From NCBI GenBank assembly GCA_963705295.1, contig OY970065.1, positions 1,760,001-1,824,000 of the forward strand: 64,000 nt of DNA, written 5' to 3'. Of this stretch, positions 55,298 to 64,000 are shown piece by piece. The notes under the pieces are model-generated. The model searched no databases, was not told the DNA's origin, and was given only the letters and a program-made list of their open reading frames with translations. Source of the stretch: Parachlamydiales bacterium. GTDB taxonomy: Bacteria > Chlamydiota > Chlamydiia > Chlamydiales > Rhabdochlamydiaceae. Each line of letters starts with the position of its first letter. Within the stretch, counting starts at the first letter, position 1. The translations under genes and the position numbers were made by a program.

Positions 55298-56923
55298 TTG
55301 TTTATGTTGATTTTGATTCTATTTGCATTCTTAGCTGGAATTGTCACGGTATTGTCTCCGTGTATCTTGCCGATTTTGCCTGCAATTCTCGGAGCTGGGA
55401 CACTGCAAGGAAAACTCCGTCCAATAGGGATCATCACAGGGCTTGTTGTAAGTTTTTCTTTTTTCACACTGGCCTTGACAGCGATTGTTCATGCGACCGG
55501 AATACCTCCGAATGTTCTTCGGTATGCAGCGATTGTTCTTATTTTTCTTTTCGGCCTTGTGATGCTTTTCCCACGTCTCTCCAATGCATTTGCACAGTGG
55601 ACGGCGTCGATTGCATCCATTGGGCAGAAAATTCCCTCTAAAAGCGGATTTTGGGGCGGAGTCATTTTTGGAGTCGCACTCGGTTTATTGTGGACTCCGT
55701 GTGCGGGTCCTATTTTGGCGAGCATCACCACTTTGGTTGCAACGCGGGCTATTACGGCCAGTGCTGTGATATTAACTCTAGTTTATAGCCTTGGAGCAGC
55801 ACTTCCTCTTTTTTTAATCGCTTATGGAAGTAGCAGAATCTTAAGATCATCCCAATATCTCTCCAAGCATAGCGAGGGGATTCGGCAATTTTTTGGCGCC
55901 ATCATGATTTTACTCGCTCTTGTCTTGGCCTTTCATTGGGAAATGCTCCTCGAGCAAAAGTTGATCCGGTATATCCCCCAGAGCTTTGTCGAAAACAATC
56001 CACGGCTCGATCAAGAACTCAAAAAACTGCGGGGCGAAACGGTCAGTCAAGGAAAAGCACCTGAACTTGTCGGGATCGTCCAATGGATTAATTCACCGCC
56101 GCTGACCCTTGAACAATTGAGAGGGAAAGTCGTTCTCATCGACTTTTGGACCTACAGCTGTATCAATTGTCTCAGGACCATTCCGTACCTGGAAAAATGG
56201 AACGATACGTATGAAGATAAGGGTCTTGTCATCATTGGAGTGCACACGCCCGAATTTGAGTTTGAAAAAGACCCGATGAATGTTTTAAAAGCCGCCACTT
56301 CGCTGGGGATCAAATATCCGATCGCCCTCGACAACAATTACGAAACATGGACTGCTTTTCATAATAATTATTGGCCAGCCCATTATCTGATCGACCAAGA
56401 AGGGAATATCCGGATGGTCCATTATGGAGAAGGGGCTTATGTTGAAACCGAAAACAATATCCGTTCCCTCCTGGGTCTGGCACCCCTTGCTATGCAAGAG
56501 ACTGAAAAAGTGATGCGACCTTTAACACCGGAAATCTATCTAGGAATGTCTCGCGGAACTAATTATACAGGGGAAATCACCCTCAAATTCCACCAACTTG
56601 TACGGTATTCTTATAAATCGCCTTTGAGACACGACACAGTCGGCTTAAGAGGTCCTTGGATGGCAGAAAGAGAATACGTTCAATCCGAAGGAGACGAGAC
56701 TTACATCGATCTTAACTTCCTTGCTAAAAAAGTCTACCTTGTCCTCGCCGGAGAAAGCCCGATTCCTCTCCGCGTTTACCTCGATGGAAAACTGGTTAAG
56801 GAAATTGAGATCGATAGTGACCGGAAATATGACATCGTAACTACGACCTATGGAAGGCACCATCTTTCTGTCCTTGTTCCCCAAGGGATAAAAGCATATA
56901 CTTTCACCTTTGGAGATTATTAA
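55298..56923 (+). CDS. dipZ: DipZ-like CcdA + thioredoxin fusion
   Basis: SPCILP, WTPCAGPIL, DFWTYSCINC, GVHTPEF. Confidence 0.88.
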   Translation: MFMLILILFAFLAGIVTVLSPCILPILPAILGAGTLQGKLRPIGIITGLVVSFSFFTLALTAIVHATGIPPNVLRYAAIVLIFLFGLVMLFPRLSNAFAQWTASIASIGQKIPSKSGFWGGVIFGVALGLLWTPCAGPILASITTLVATRAITASAVILTLVYSLGAALPLFLIAYGSSRILRSSQYLSKHSEGIRQFFGAIMILLALVLAFHWEMLLEQKLIRYIPQSFVENNPRLDQELKKLRGETVSQGKAPELVGIVQWINSPPLTLEQLRGKVVLIDFWTYSCINCLRTIPYLEKWNDTYEDKGLVIIGVHTPEFEFEKDPMNVLKAATSLGIKYPIALDNNYETWTAFHNNYWPAHYLIDQEGNIRMVHYGEGAYVETENNIRSLLGLAPLAMQETEKVMRPLTPEIYLGMSRGTNYTGEITLKFHQLVRYSYKSPLRHDTVGLRGPWMAEREYVQSEGDETYIDLNFLAKKVYLVLAGESPIPLRVYLDGKLVKEIEIDSDRKYDIVTTTYGRHHLSVLVPQGIKAYTFTFGDY

Positions 56924-56924
56924 T

Positions 56925-57704
56925 ATGATTATTTTAATTCTTGCCTTGGCCGCTTTCCTCTCCCCTCTTCAAAGTGACGTTTACCATGTTCCTTTTTTCA
57001 ATGCCGATTTTTGTTTCGAAGATGATCCCAGCGATTCTGTTAAAAGTTTCCTAAAACAGGGAATTCCTTATGAAGGAAATATCAATATCCTCATCGATCA
57101 AATGACCGAGCCAGGATCTGTTGCCATCGATATGGGGGCGCATGTGGGCATCCATACCATCACGATGTCGAGAAAAGTCGGACCAACAGGGCGTGTGATC
57201 GCCTTCGAACCCAATCCAAAACTATACCAAGAACTTCTCCAGACTCTGCAGCTCAACAAATGCACCAATGTCACGGCCATTTGCAAAGGGCTTGGCGCAA
57301 AACCCAAAACCGAAACCCTCGATTTCATCAAAATTGAGAAAAACTCGACCAAAGGGGAAACCATCGAGATCATTCCTCTCGATTCCCTCGAGCTCAATAA
57401 TATTTCTCTGATCAAAATGGATGTCGAAAATTACGAATATTTTGTCCTCAGAGGCGCTCGAAAAACCATTTTAAGAAACAAGCCTGTTATCATCTTCGAA
57501 TGTTGGATCGGCGCTGATTACGAAAAGAGTGCACCCGAAGAAAAAGCAAACTTTGATCGGGTGAGAGATCTCTTGGAAAGCTATGGCTACGAAATCTATG
57601 TCATCTATTGCAATGATTTCATCGCCTTCCCAAAAGATGTCCCGAACGATTTCAAAAAACTGTTTAAAAAACTTGATATGAATAACTTTAATCTGGGTCT
57701 ATGA
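56925..57704 (+). CDS. FkbM family methyltransferase
   Basis: IDMGAHVG, V.AFEPN, IKMDVE.YE..VL.GA. Confidence 0.85.
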   Translation: MIILILALAAFLSPLQSDVYHVPFFNADFCFEDDPSDSVKSFLKQGIPYEGNINILIDQMTEPGSVAIDMGAHVGIHTITMSRKVGPTGRVIAFEPNPKLYQELLQTLQLNKCTNVTAICKGLGAKPKTETLDFIKIEKNSTKGETIEIIPLDSLELNNISLIKMDVENYEYFVLRGARKTILRNKPVIIFECWIGADYEKSAPEEKANFDRVRDLLESYGYEIYVIYCNDFIAFPKDVPNDFKKLFKKLDMNNFNLGL

Positions 57705-58906
57705 AAAAACTACTTCTACTATTTTTTGTACCTGTTCTTTGTTTTGCCTCTTTGAAGGTGGGCATTGGAAAGACCGATATCACACCACCTGTGGGAACTC
57801 CTTCGGCTGGATATATGGAGCGCAAAGGAATGGGAATGAAAGGGGTTCATGATCCCCTTCTCGCCATAGCACTTTGGTTGGACACTGGAGAAAAAAAGAT
57901 CGGTCTTTGCAGTGTCGATCATTTGGGTTTTTCATATGAGATGGTTCAAGAGATCATCAAAAGTGTTCAAGAGCGCGTTGGAAACTGTGAAATCTTCATT
58001 GGCTCAACCCATACCCATTCGGGCGGAGGAGCTTTTCTTAATATTCCCCAGTTGGAACAGAGTTTAGCTGGCAAATACAACGCTCAAATCGTCGAATTTT
58101 ATATCCATCAAACGGCGGAAGCGATTATTCAGGCTAGTCAAAATACAACACCTGCAAAAGTGGGATTCGGTTATGGATTTGCGGGAGCTTTAACAAAATA
58201 CCGTGGAAAGTGGCCCTTAGATATTTCTCCCCTGAGCGATGTCACCCTGATTAAAGTGACAACACTCGACGATGCTCCGCTGGCCGTTTTATTCAACTAT
58301 CCGATTCACCCAACGATCCTCGATGGCAAAAATGAACTTTTCTCGTCCGATCTCGTCGGTTATGCCCGGGGCTACATCCAATCTGAACTCGGCGCGCAGC
58401 CTCTTTTTTTCAATGGAGCGCAAGGCGATATTGTCCCCTCGACCGATGAACACACCTTCGAAGCGTGCGACAAAGTTGGCCGCTCTCTTGCAGAAACCGT
58501 CGTAAAAATCTGGAACACAACTGCGACCAGCGATGAGCTCCACGTTTCAACACAAAAAGAGGCATACACCTTCAAACCCCAACCAACAGCTTTTGGCCTG
58601 GAGCTACCCGTCGAAAATTACCCCACCGAAATGAATCTTCTCGTTTTCAACCAAAAACATGCATTTATCACCATTCCCGGTGAACTCAGCTCCATTTACG
58701 ACCACCGGTTTAAAGAATACGGCGCACGGCTTGGCTTTGAACATGTCTCGATTTTTGGTCTAACCAATGATGCCCACGGCTACATCATTTTGCCCGAATC
58801 GTTTCGAAGAAAAACCTTCGAATCGTACCTTTCCTTCGGAGGAGAACATTACGGAGACAAAACAGAAAATCGAGCAATTTCTCTTCTCATGAAAAATGCC
58901 CCCTGA
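57701..58906 (+). CDS. Neutral/alkaline ceramidase-family protein, exported
   Basis: Signal peptide; DITPP, G.HDPL.A, THTHSG, NY..HPT, GAQGD, IPGE, GYI. Confidence 0.78.
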   Translation: MKKLLLLFFVPVLCFASLKVGIGKTDITPPVGTPSAGYMERKGMGMKGVHDPLLAIALWLDTGEKKIGLCSVDHLGFSYEMVQEIIKSVQERVGNCEIFIGSTHTHSGGGAFLNIPQLEQSLAGKYNAQIVEFYIHQTAEAIIQASQNTTPAKVGFGYGFAGALTKYRGKWPLDISPLSDVTLIKVTTLDDAPLAVLFNYPIHPTILDGKNELFSSDLVGYARGYIQSELGAQPLFFNGAQGDIVPSTDEHTFEACDKVGRSLAETVVKIWNTTATSDELHVSTQKEAYTFKPQPTAFGLELPVENYPTEMNLLVFNQKHAFITIPGELSSIYDHRFKEYGARLGFEHVSIFGLTNDAHGYIILPESFRRKTFESYLSFGGEHYGDKTENRAISLLMKNAP

Positions 58907-60110
58907 AAGAAAATCGTTTTATATTGCTCTTTTCGTTGCATTCATCGATTTGATGGGGATCGGTCTTATTTTTCCTCTTTTTTCCTCGATGCTTTTCAGT
59001 GAATCTTTCACACTTCTTCACCCCGATACTTCAGCGCATGTGCGCGGTATATATCTAGGCCTTCTGATTGCACTCATGCCGCTGACACAATTTTTTAGCG
59101 CTCCTATCTGGGGAACCTTATCCGATGGGTACGGCCGAAAAAAACCGCTCCAATACAGCTTAACCACAGCTTTAATCGGCTATCTCGTAGCACTTTTGGG
59201 TGTGAGTTTTAAGAATATTTTTATTTTGCTGGCATCTCGGATAGTCGTTGGATTTGCTGCAGGCAATACTTCGATTGTTCAAGCGACCATTGCAGACTTA
59301 AGTTCAGTCCAGAGTAAAGCAAAAAACTTTGGCCTCTATAGTATGGCTCTTGGAATGGGATTCACCATCGGACCTTTTTTTGGCGGATATTTTGCCAAAT
59401 GGGGATACGCTATTCCTTTTCTGTTTGCAGCCTGCATGGTCTCAATCAATCTCGCATTCGTCTTCCTTTTTTTCCGAGAGACGCATTTGAAACCTATTCC
59501 TCAAAAAATCAGCTGGGGGATTGGATTTTCAAATTTGAAAAAAGCGTTTGCTTTTCACGAAGTGCGAACGATTTTACTCGCCTCTTTCCTGCACAATTTT
59601 GGTTGGTCGTATTTTTTTGAATTTGTTCCCGTCTATTTCATTGACAGGTTTCAGTTCACCCCGAAAGAGTTGGGATACTTTTATGCCAGTGTCGGTGCTT
59701 TTTATGCCTTAAGTACAGGCCTCCTCATCCGTCCCCTCATTAAACGGTTTAAACCGGAGCTCCTTTTCTTTGCGGGAAACCTTCTCGGAGCACTCACCAT
59801 CTTCTCTCTCAGCTTTGTAAAAATACCCGTATGGATCTGGCCCTTGCAATTTTTACTCTGCTACTTCATCGCCTTCGTTGCACCAACTTACACCACTCTT
59901 ATTTCTAACAATGCCCCCAAAGAAATCCAGGGCGAAGCTCTCGGCGTCTTGAGTTCCGTCAATGCAGCCGCCCTCATTTTCAGCCCTCTTTTTTCAGGCT
60001 CTTTGGTCGGCATCCACCCCTCCCTTTCCATGTGGATCGGGGGTAGCATCATGCTGGTAGGTTCAGCAATCCTTCTCCGTTATTTCTTCTTGAATAAAAC
60101 CGCGTTGTAA
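58896..60110 (+). CDS. MFS transporter (TetA/DHA1-like)
   Basis: About 12 TM segments; G.LSD.YGRK motif A; GF.IGP..GG motif C. Confidence 0.88.
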   Translation: MPPERKSFYIALFVAFIDLMGIGLIFPLFSSMLFSESFTLLHPDTSAHVRGIYLGLLIALMPLTQFFSAPIWGTLSDGYGRKKPLQYSLTTALIGYLVALLGVSFKNIFILLASRIVVGFAAGNTSIVQATIADLSSVQSKAKNFGLYSMALGMGFTIGPFFGGYFAKWGYAIPFLFAACMVSINLAFVFLFFRETHLKPIPQKISWGIGFSNLKKAFAFHEVRTILLASFLHNFGWSYFFEFVPVYFIDRFQFTPKELGYFYASVGAFYALSTGLLIRPLIKRFKPELLFFAGNLLGALTIFSLSFVKIPVWIWPLQFLLCYFIAFVAPTYTTLISNNAPKEIQGEALGVLSSVNAAALIFSPLFSGSLVGIHPSLSMWIGGSIMLVGSAILLRYFFLNKTAL

Positions 60111-60814
60111 CCATCGAGATCTGTGATCAGTTCGCAGTCGTTAAAAAGAGCATAAAAAGCTTTCGTTTTAAACTTTTTCCCTATGCTCAACAAATTGGAT
60201 AGGAGAATATATCCCCCCTGCTTGACTTTGGGAACATAGAGTTCGACATCCAGAATCGCTCCTTGTTCGGAGTAATTTCCATCGAGATGGAGAAAATCGA
60301 TATTATCGATATAGGTCGATGCAGCTTCAGAAGTGCTATGGACAAGAACACAATAAGGATTGAGTCCTTCTCGGTTTAATAGACGCTCAAATTTTCGACG
60401 GGCTTGCAGCATATTGGTTCTGGCCCACCAAGTCATATCGGGATCGTTCTGATCTAAATTTTTAATCGCCTCATCATTCGACCAGGCATCGATCGCATAG
60501 ACAACCCCTTGATTCAAATATTTCATAGTGGCAGCCACGGGATAAATAGACGACCCCGCATAGACCCCAATTTCAACACAGATTTCAGGTTTTCTGAGTA
60601 AAACCAGGTCCATCAAAAGATGGATTTTTTGTTCCGTACACCAGCTATTGGCTACAGAGGAAATCACCTTTCCTTTGAGTTCTTGATAACCGGGTTCCTC
60701 GAGCAGCTCCATGTAAGAAGGATCTACACCCGCATGAGCCCTAGGATGCCAATCTGCCATCAAAGCACAATTTACAAACGTCGCTATCACCAAGAAAAAT
60801 TGTTTCATATTCAT
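60080..60814 (-). CDS. Class I SAM-dependent methyltransferase
   Basis: VEIGVYAGSS, YAIDAW, IDFLHLDGN. Confidence 0.8.
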   Translation of the reverse strand: MNMKQFFLVIATFVNCALMADWHPRAHAGVDPSYMELLEEPGYQELKGKVISSVANSWCTEQKIHLLMDLVLLRKPEICVEIGVYAGSSIYPVAATMKYLNQGVVYAIDAWSNDEAIKNLDQNDPDMTWWARTNMLQARRKFERLLNREGLNPYCVLVHSTSEAASTYIDNIDFLHLDGNYSEQGAILDVELYVPKVKQGGYILLSNLLSIGKKFKTKAFYALFNDCELITDLDGYNAVLFKKK

Positions 60815-60838
60815 AAAATTCCCCAATTTTACAAAACT

Positions 60839-61435
60839 TTAAGATTTGGCGTCATTTCTGCAAAGAGAAATCGATTTAATAACTTGAAAAAAGAGCCGCA
60901 TTTTATGAATACTCGCCACCATCGAATTCCATGGAAACTCTTCCTTTCTAAGCATCTCTTCCATACCGCTCAAATTTTCCTCCGAAGGATCGCTCAGCCA
61001 TGCATACCCTGCACGATTGATCTCCCCTTTTTCCAACAGTTTTTTCAGCCGTGGCAGCAAAGTCTGTTTTTGCCACTCCCGATCAAAGCTAGCATGCTGA
61101 CAGATGAGCCAAGCATGGAAATCGGCCTCTTTCCCATATTTGCTAATCACAGGCCAACCCTCGTCGAGTCCCTCTAAAATCTGCTTGAGCTGTGCGTAGT
61201 GTTTCCGATCAAACTCCTCGATGATCCCATCTTCACCCGGAGAAAAACTCTCCCTTTTCAAGTTGATCATCGAACATAAGAAATTGACATTGTCTCGATC
61301 ATGGATCATCACTTCGACAAGACATTCCCTCAAAGCTTGATCGACTTTCGCCATCGCCTCCAACCTTTTGCAAACGTCATCCGAGGCGAAAACAGCTGAT
61401 ATAAAAATTAATATGAAGATGGTTTGGTGGAACAC
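60839..61435 (-). CDS. DUF6624-like exported protein (start uncertain)
   Basis: DQALR, GWP..S.YG......AWLI.QH, YAWL.D. Confidence 0.6.
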   Translation of the reverse strand: MFHQTIFILIFISAVFASDDVCKRLEAMAKVDQALRECLVEVMIHDRDNVNFLCSMINLKRESFSPGEDGIIEEFDRKHYAQLKQILEGLDEGWPVISKYGKEADFHAWLICQHASFDREWQKQTLLPRLKKLLEKGEINRAGYAWLSDPSEENLSGMEEMLRKEEFPWNSMVASIHKMRLFFQVIKSISLCRNDAKS

Positions 61436-61848
61436 AGATAGTAGGTTACCATACAACCTAAAATGGCGCCACCGATCACGTCGTGCACCCAATGGGCTTT
61501 GATCAAAACACGCCCCGCCGCTACTCCCACCGCATCGACTAAAGAGAGTGCTAAAAGCGGTTTAGGAACATTTGAAGCACCATATCGAAAGATCAAAAAC
61601 GATGGTCCCAAAAAAGCCGCTGCCGTATCACCCGATGGAAAAGACCTGCTCCCTCCATTCGGCCTCTTCTCGGCTATGACCGTTTTTAAGATCTCAATAC
61701 AGATCTGATTGACACCCGTTGCGATACATAGCCAATTAAAACCTTCATAGTCCTCCCTCTTCAGGGCATAAATCCCCGAGGCGAGAGGTAACAGAATTTG
61801 GTTGGTCCACGTGTACCAACCAATACCGTGTCGTAACGATGAACTCAT
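61408..61848 (-). CDS. PAP2 family phosphatase
   Basis: K......RP, SFPSGD (His to Asp at the usual PSGH), GRV...AHW.HDV. Confidence 0.8.
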   Translation of the reverse strand: MSSSLRHGIGWYTWTNQILLPLASGIYALKREDYEGFNWLCIATGVNQICIEILKTVIAEKRPNGGSRSFPSGDTAAAFLGPSFLIFRYGASNVPKPLLALSLVDAVGVAAGRVLIKAHWVHDVIGGAILGCMVTYYLCSTKPSSY

Positions 61849-61849
61849 T

Positions 61850-62335
61850 TTATGATTCTGTTTTTTCTTCTCGGAATTCTTTCTCAATGAGAACTTCTGC
61901 AAAATTTTTCGTCATCCGATCAAACAAAATAGTTCCCGGTTTAAGTTCTTTGGTAAGATCTTGAATTTTTCTTTCCTTACTGTAAGCTACAGCTAAAGCT
62001 CTTCCCCAGTATTTTTGGAACTTACTATTATCATGAATCACTGCGTCTAAATTCTGTGACCATTTTCTAAGATTATAAGAGAACCATCCCACAGCACCAC
62101 TCAGGCCTGATAGAAGTAACGCAGGGACAGGTTTCTTTGAAGAATGGTAAACGAATAAACTGAGCGCTGCGAAAGCTAGTGCTGCAATAGTCAAAACCTG
62201 AGAAGAACCTTTAGAATCCTTAACTTCTTCCTCTAAAACTGCAATATCGCTTTTATAATTTCTACTGAGTTTTTTTTCTGTAGCATGCAAAGCCGATGAA
62301 ACTGCTCGAGAAGCTATTCGAATAGCAAATGCCAT
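61850..62335 (-). CDS. Hypothetical membrane protein, Inc-like bilobed hydrophobic domain
   Basis: Two adjacent hydrophobic lobes VLTIAALAFAALSLFVY / PVPALLLSGLSGAVGWFSY. Confidence 0.6.
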   Translation of the reverse strand: MAFAIRIASRAVSSALHATEKKLSRNYKSDIAVLEEEVKDSKGSSQVLTIAALAFAALSLFVYHSSKKPVPALLLSGLSGAVGWFSYNLRKWSQNLDAVIHDNSKFQKYWGRALAVAYSKERKIQDLTKELKPGTILFDRMTKNFAEVLIEKEFREEKTES

Positions 62336-62537
62336 AAATTTCTCCTTTTTGTGTGTTAAAGTTTAGTGAAAAAACGAGAAAAATACAAGATTAGAATTCA
62401 GATGCAAGTAACTCATTATCAATGATAAACAAACATTAAATTTTAAGTATATATCAAGTTTTTATATTAGTTGATTAGTTAATTATTAAATGTTAAATTA
62501 TTTGAAGAATGAAACAAATTAACAAAAGAAACAAACA

Positions 62538-63176
62538 ATGAAATTAACAAACCTTTTAGCAGTTGCTTTATGTGGTAGCGGATTTCAGCCGAAACCGGTG
62601 GGGAAAACTAAAGATTTTCTTACTGTCAATGGAAGATTTGAATCAAAGAAAACTTTGAATGATCGGACTTGGGACACGGTAAGAAATATTTTATTTACAG
62701 ACAGGGTTTCCAATAAAAACAAACTCAAGCTGATGGCTGTTGCAAGCGTTGCAGCCTACGTCTTTATTCCAGGTATCGAAAGATTAGCAATCGGACTTCT
62801 GTGCCCAGCTCTCGGCTCTGTGATGCTCTTGGCATGGGTTGGATACCAACTCAGTCGATTTTTAGCTGGAAAAATCCCCAGCTTGCTCGGTTCTACAGTT
62901 GCACCTAAAGCTCTGGAAGGTATTCCAGCTGCTGCCGCTCTAGTCAAAGAAGTCAAAGCCTTAACAAGCCGGGCAGAGATCATGACATCTGACAAATGGG
63001 TAAAGGAATTCGCCGCCATGAGCACAGCTCCAAAAACAGAGCCTTCTGAAGAAGAAAAAGAAGCTGAGCGGATTAAAGCAGAAGAGGCGAAAAAAGCTTA
63101 CCTCAGAATGGAAAAAGCCAGACAGATGCGGCAAATACAACAAAGACGCCGAGCTGGTACGATGGCACGCCTCTAA
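62538..63176 (+). CDS. Hypothetical membrane protein, Inc-like with C-terminal coiled coil
   Basis: Bilobed hydrophobic region plus charged helix EEEKEAERIKAEEAKK. Confidence 0.6.
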   Translation: MKLTNLLAVALCGSGFQPKPVGKTKDFLTVNGRFESKKTLNDRTWDTVRNILFTDRVSNKNKLKLMAVASVAAYVFIPGIERLAIGLLCPALGSVMLLAWVGYQLSRFLAGKIPSLLGSTVAPKALEGIPAAAALVKEVKALTSRAEIMTSDKWVKEFAAMSTAPKTEPSEEEKEAERIKAEEAKKAYLRMEKARQMRQIQQRRRAGTMARL

Positions 63177-63220
63177 AACACTCTTGACGAAAGGCATATA
63201 CTCCTTTATGTAAAGTTGAT

Positions 63221-64000
63221 ATGCGGTCCATCTGGAAAGGTGCTCTTAGTTTTGGTCTCATTCACATTCCCGTGCGGCTCTATAGTGCGAGTAGGTCACG
63301 GGAACTTCAATTTAAACTTCTCCATAAACAAGATTTATCAGAGATTCGGTATGCGCGGATCTGCAAGGCTGATGGTAAAGAAATTCCTTGGACTGACATC
63401 GTCAAAGGATACGAATATCGGGAAGGTGATTATGTGGTCCTCACCGAGGAAGATTTTGCCCGGGCTAACTTAAAAAAAACAAAAACCATTGAAATCCTCG
63501 AATTTGCAAAAGAAGATGAAATTGAGCCGATTTACTACGAAAAACCGTACTATCTCGAACCGGAACAAGGGGCTGCCAAGGCATACCATCTCTTGAGAGA
63601 GGCTCTCAAACAGTCGAAGAAAGTGGCCGTTGGGAATTTTATTCTCAAACAACACGAACACGTCGGTGTGATCAAGCCGTACAAGGATATCCTCGTCTTG
63701 AACCAGCTCCGGTATAACGCCGAACTGACTCATCCGAAAGATCTCCATATTCCGAAAGAAACCTCTCTTCCCAAAAATGAGGTGGCCATTGCCCTGGAAC
63801 TGATCGATCAACTGACAAAGCCGTTCAAACCCGAAGATTTTAAAGATACCTACACCAAAGAAGTGAAGAAAATCATCGAGCAAAAAGCGAAAGGGAAAAA
63901 AGTTAAAATCAAAAAAGGGGCCGAGGAAAAACCACCCAAAATACACGATATCATGTCACTTCTTCGAACTAGTTTAGAACAACATAAGAAAAAACCGAAA
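63221..64000 (+). CDS. ku: Ku protein (NHEJ), runs off the window end; not in the supplied ORF track
   Basis: MRSIWKGALSFGLIHIPVRLY, IVKGYEY, YYEKPYYL.P, AY.LLREAL, DIMSLLR.SL. Confidence 0.93.
   Translation, partial: MRSIWKGALSFGLIHIPVRLYSASRSRELQFKLLHKQDLSEIRYARICKADGKEIPWTDIVKGYEYREGDYVVLTEEDFARANLKKTKTIEILEFAKEDEIEPIYYEKPYYLEPEQGAAKAYHLLREALKQSKKVAVGNFILKQHEHVGVIKPYKDILVLNQLRYNAELTHPKDLHIPKETSLPKNEVAIALELIDQLTKPFKPEDFKDTYTKEVKKIIEQKAKGKKVKIKKGAEEKPPKIHDIMSLLRTSLEQHKKKPK

Noticed and set aside
63470..63946. 158-aa minus-strand Phe-rich ORF
   Set aside because: Antisense shadow of ku

Overview
This window comes from an environmental Chlamydiota (Parachlamydiales-like) genome. Bases 1-9.3 kb hold the conserved infA-tRNA(Thr)-tuf-tRNA(Trp)-secE-nusG-rplKAJL-rpoBC cluster, which is full of 1-bp indels that look like unpolished long-read error. 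Bases 9.8-23 kb are a putative effector island: F-box/ankyrin proteins, a RING-H2 protein and four tandem paralogs with a W/Y-H-D-I-Y/F-H motif. Bases 23-31 kb are a conserved chlamydial block (M24 peptidase, HEAT, HIT, MYG1, LOG-like, DUF1207) ending in a tRNA(CAT). An accessory region follows, with a zeta-like toxin pair, an IS110/IS1111 element, dps-malic enzyme-fumC/oxdC, DUF1016-YqaJ, a class D beta-lactamase-like gene, NHEJ genes, a PATR autotransporter and Inc-like genes. The main finding concerns the IS1111-type element. It has identifiable ends, a circle-junction promoter and a downstream bridge/seek-RNA-like structure. Its guide loops spell out the terminal sequence of a ~186-bp palindromic MITE-like repeat family present three times in the window. 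The IS sits exactly in one such terminus, and another copy replaces part of the malic enzyme in frame. All calls come from reading the sequence by eye; no searches or folding programs were run.
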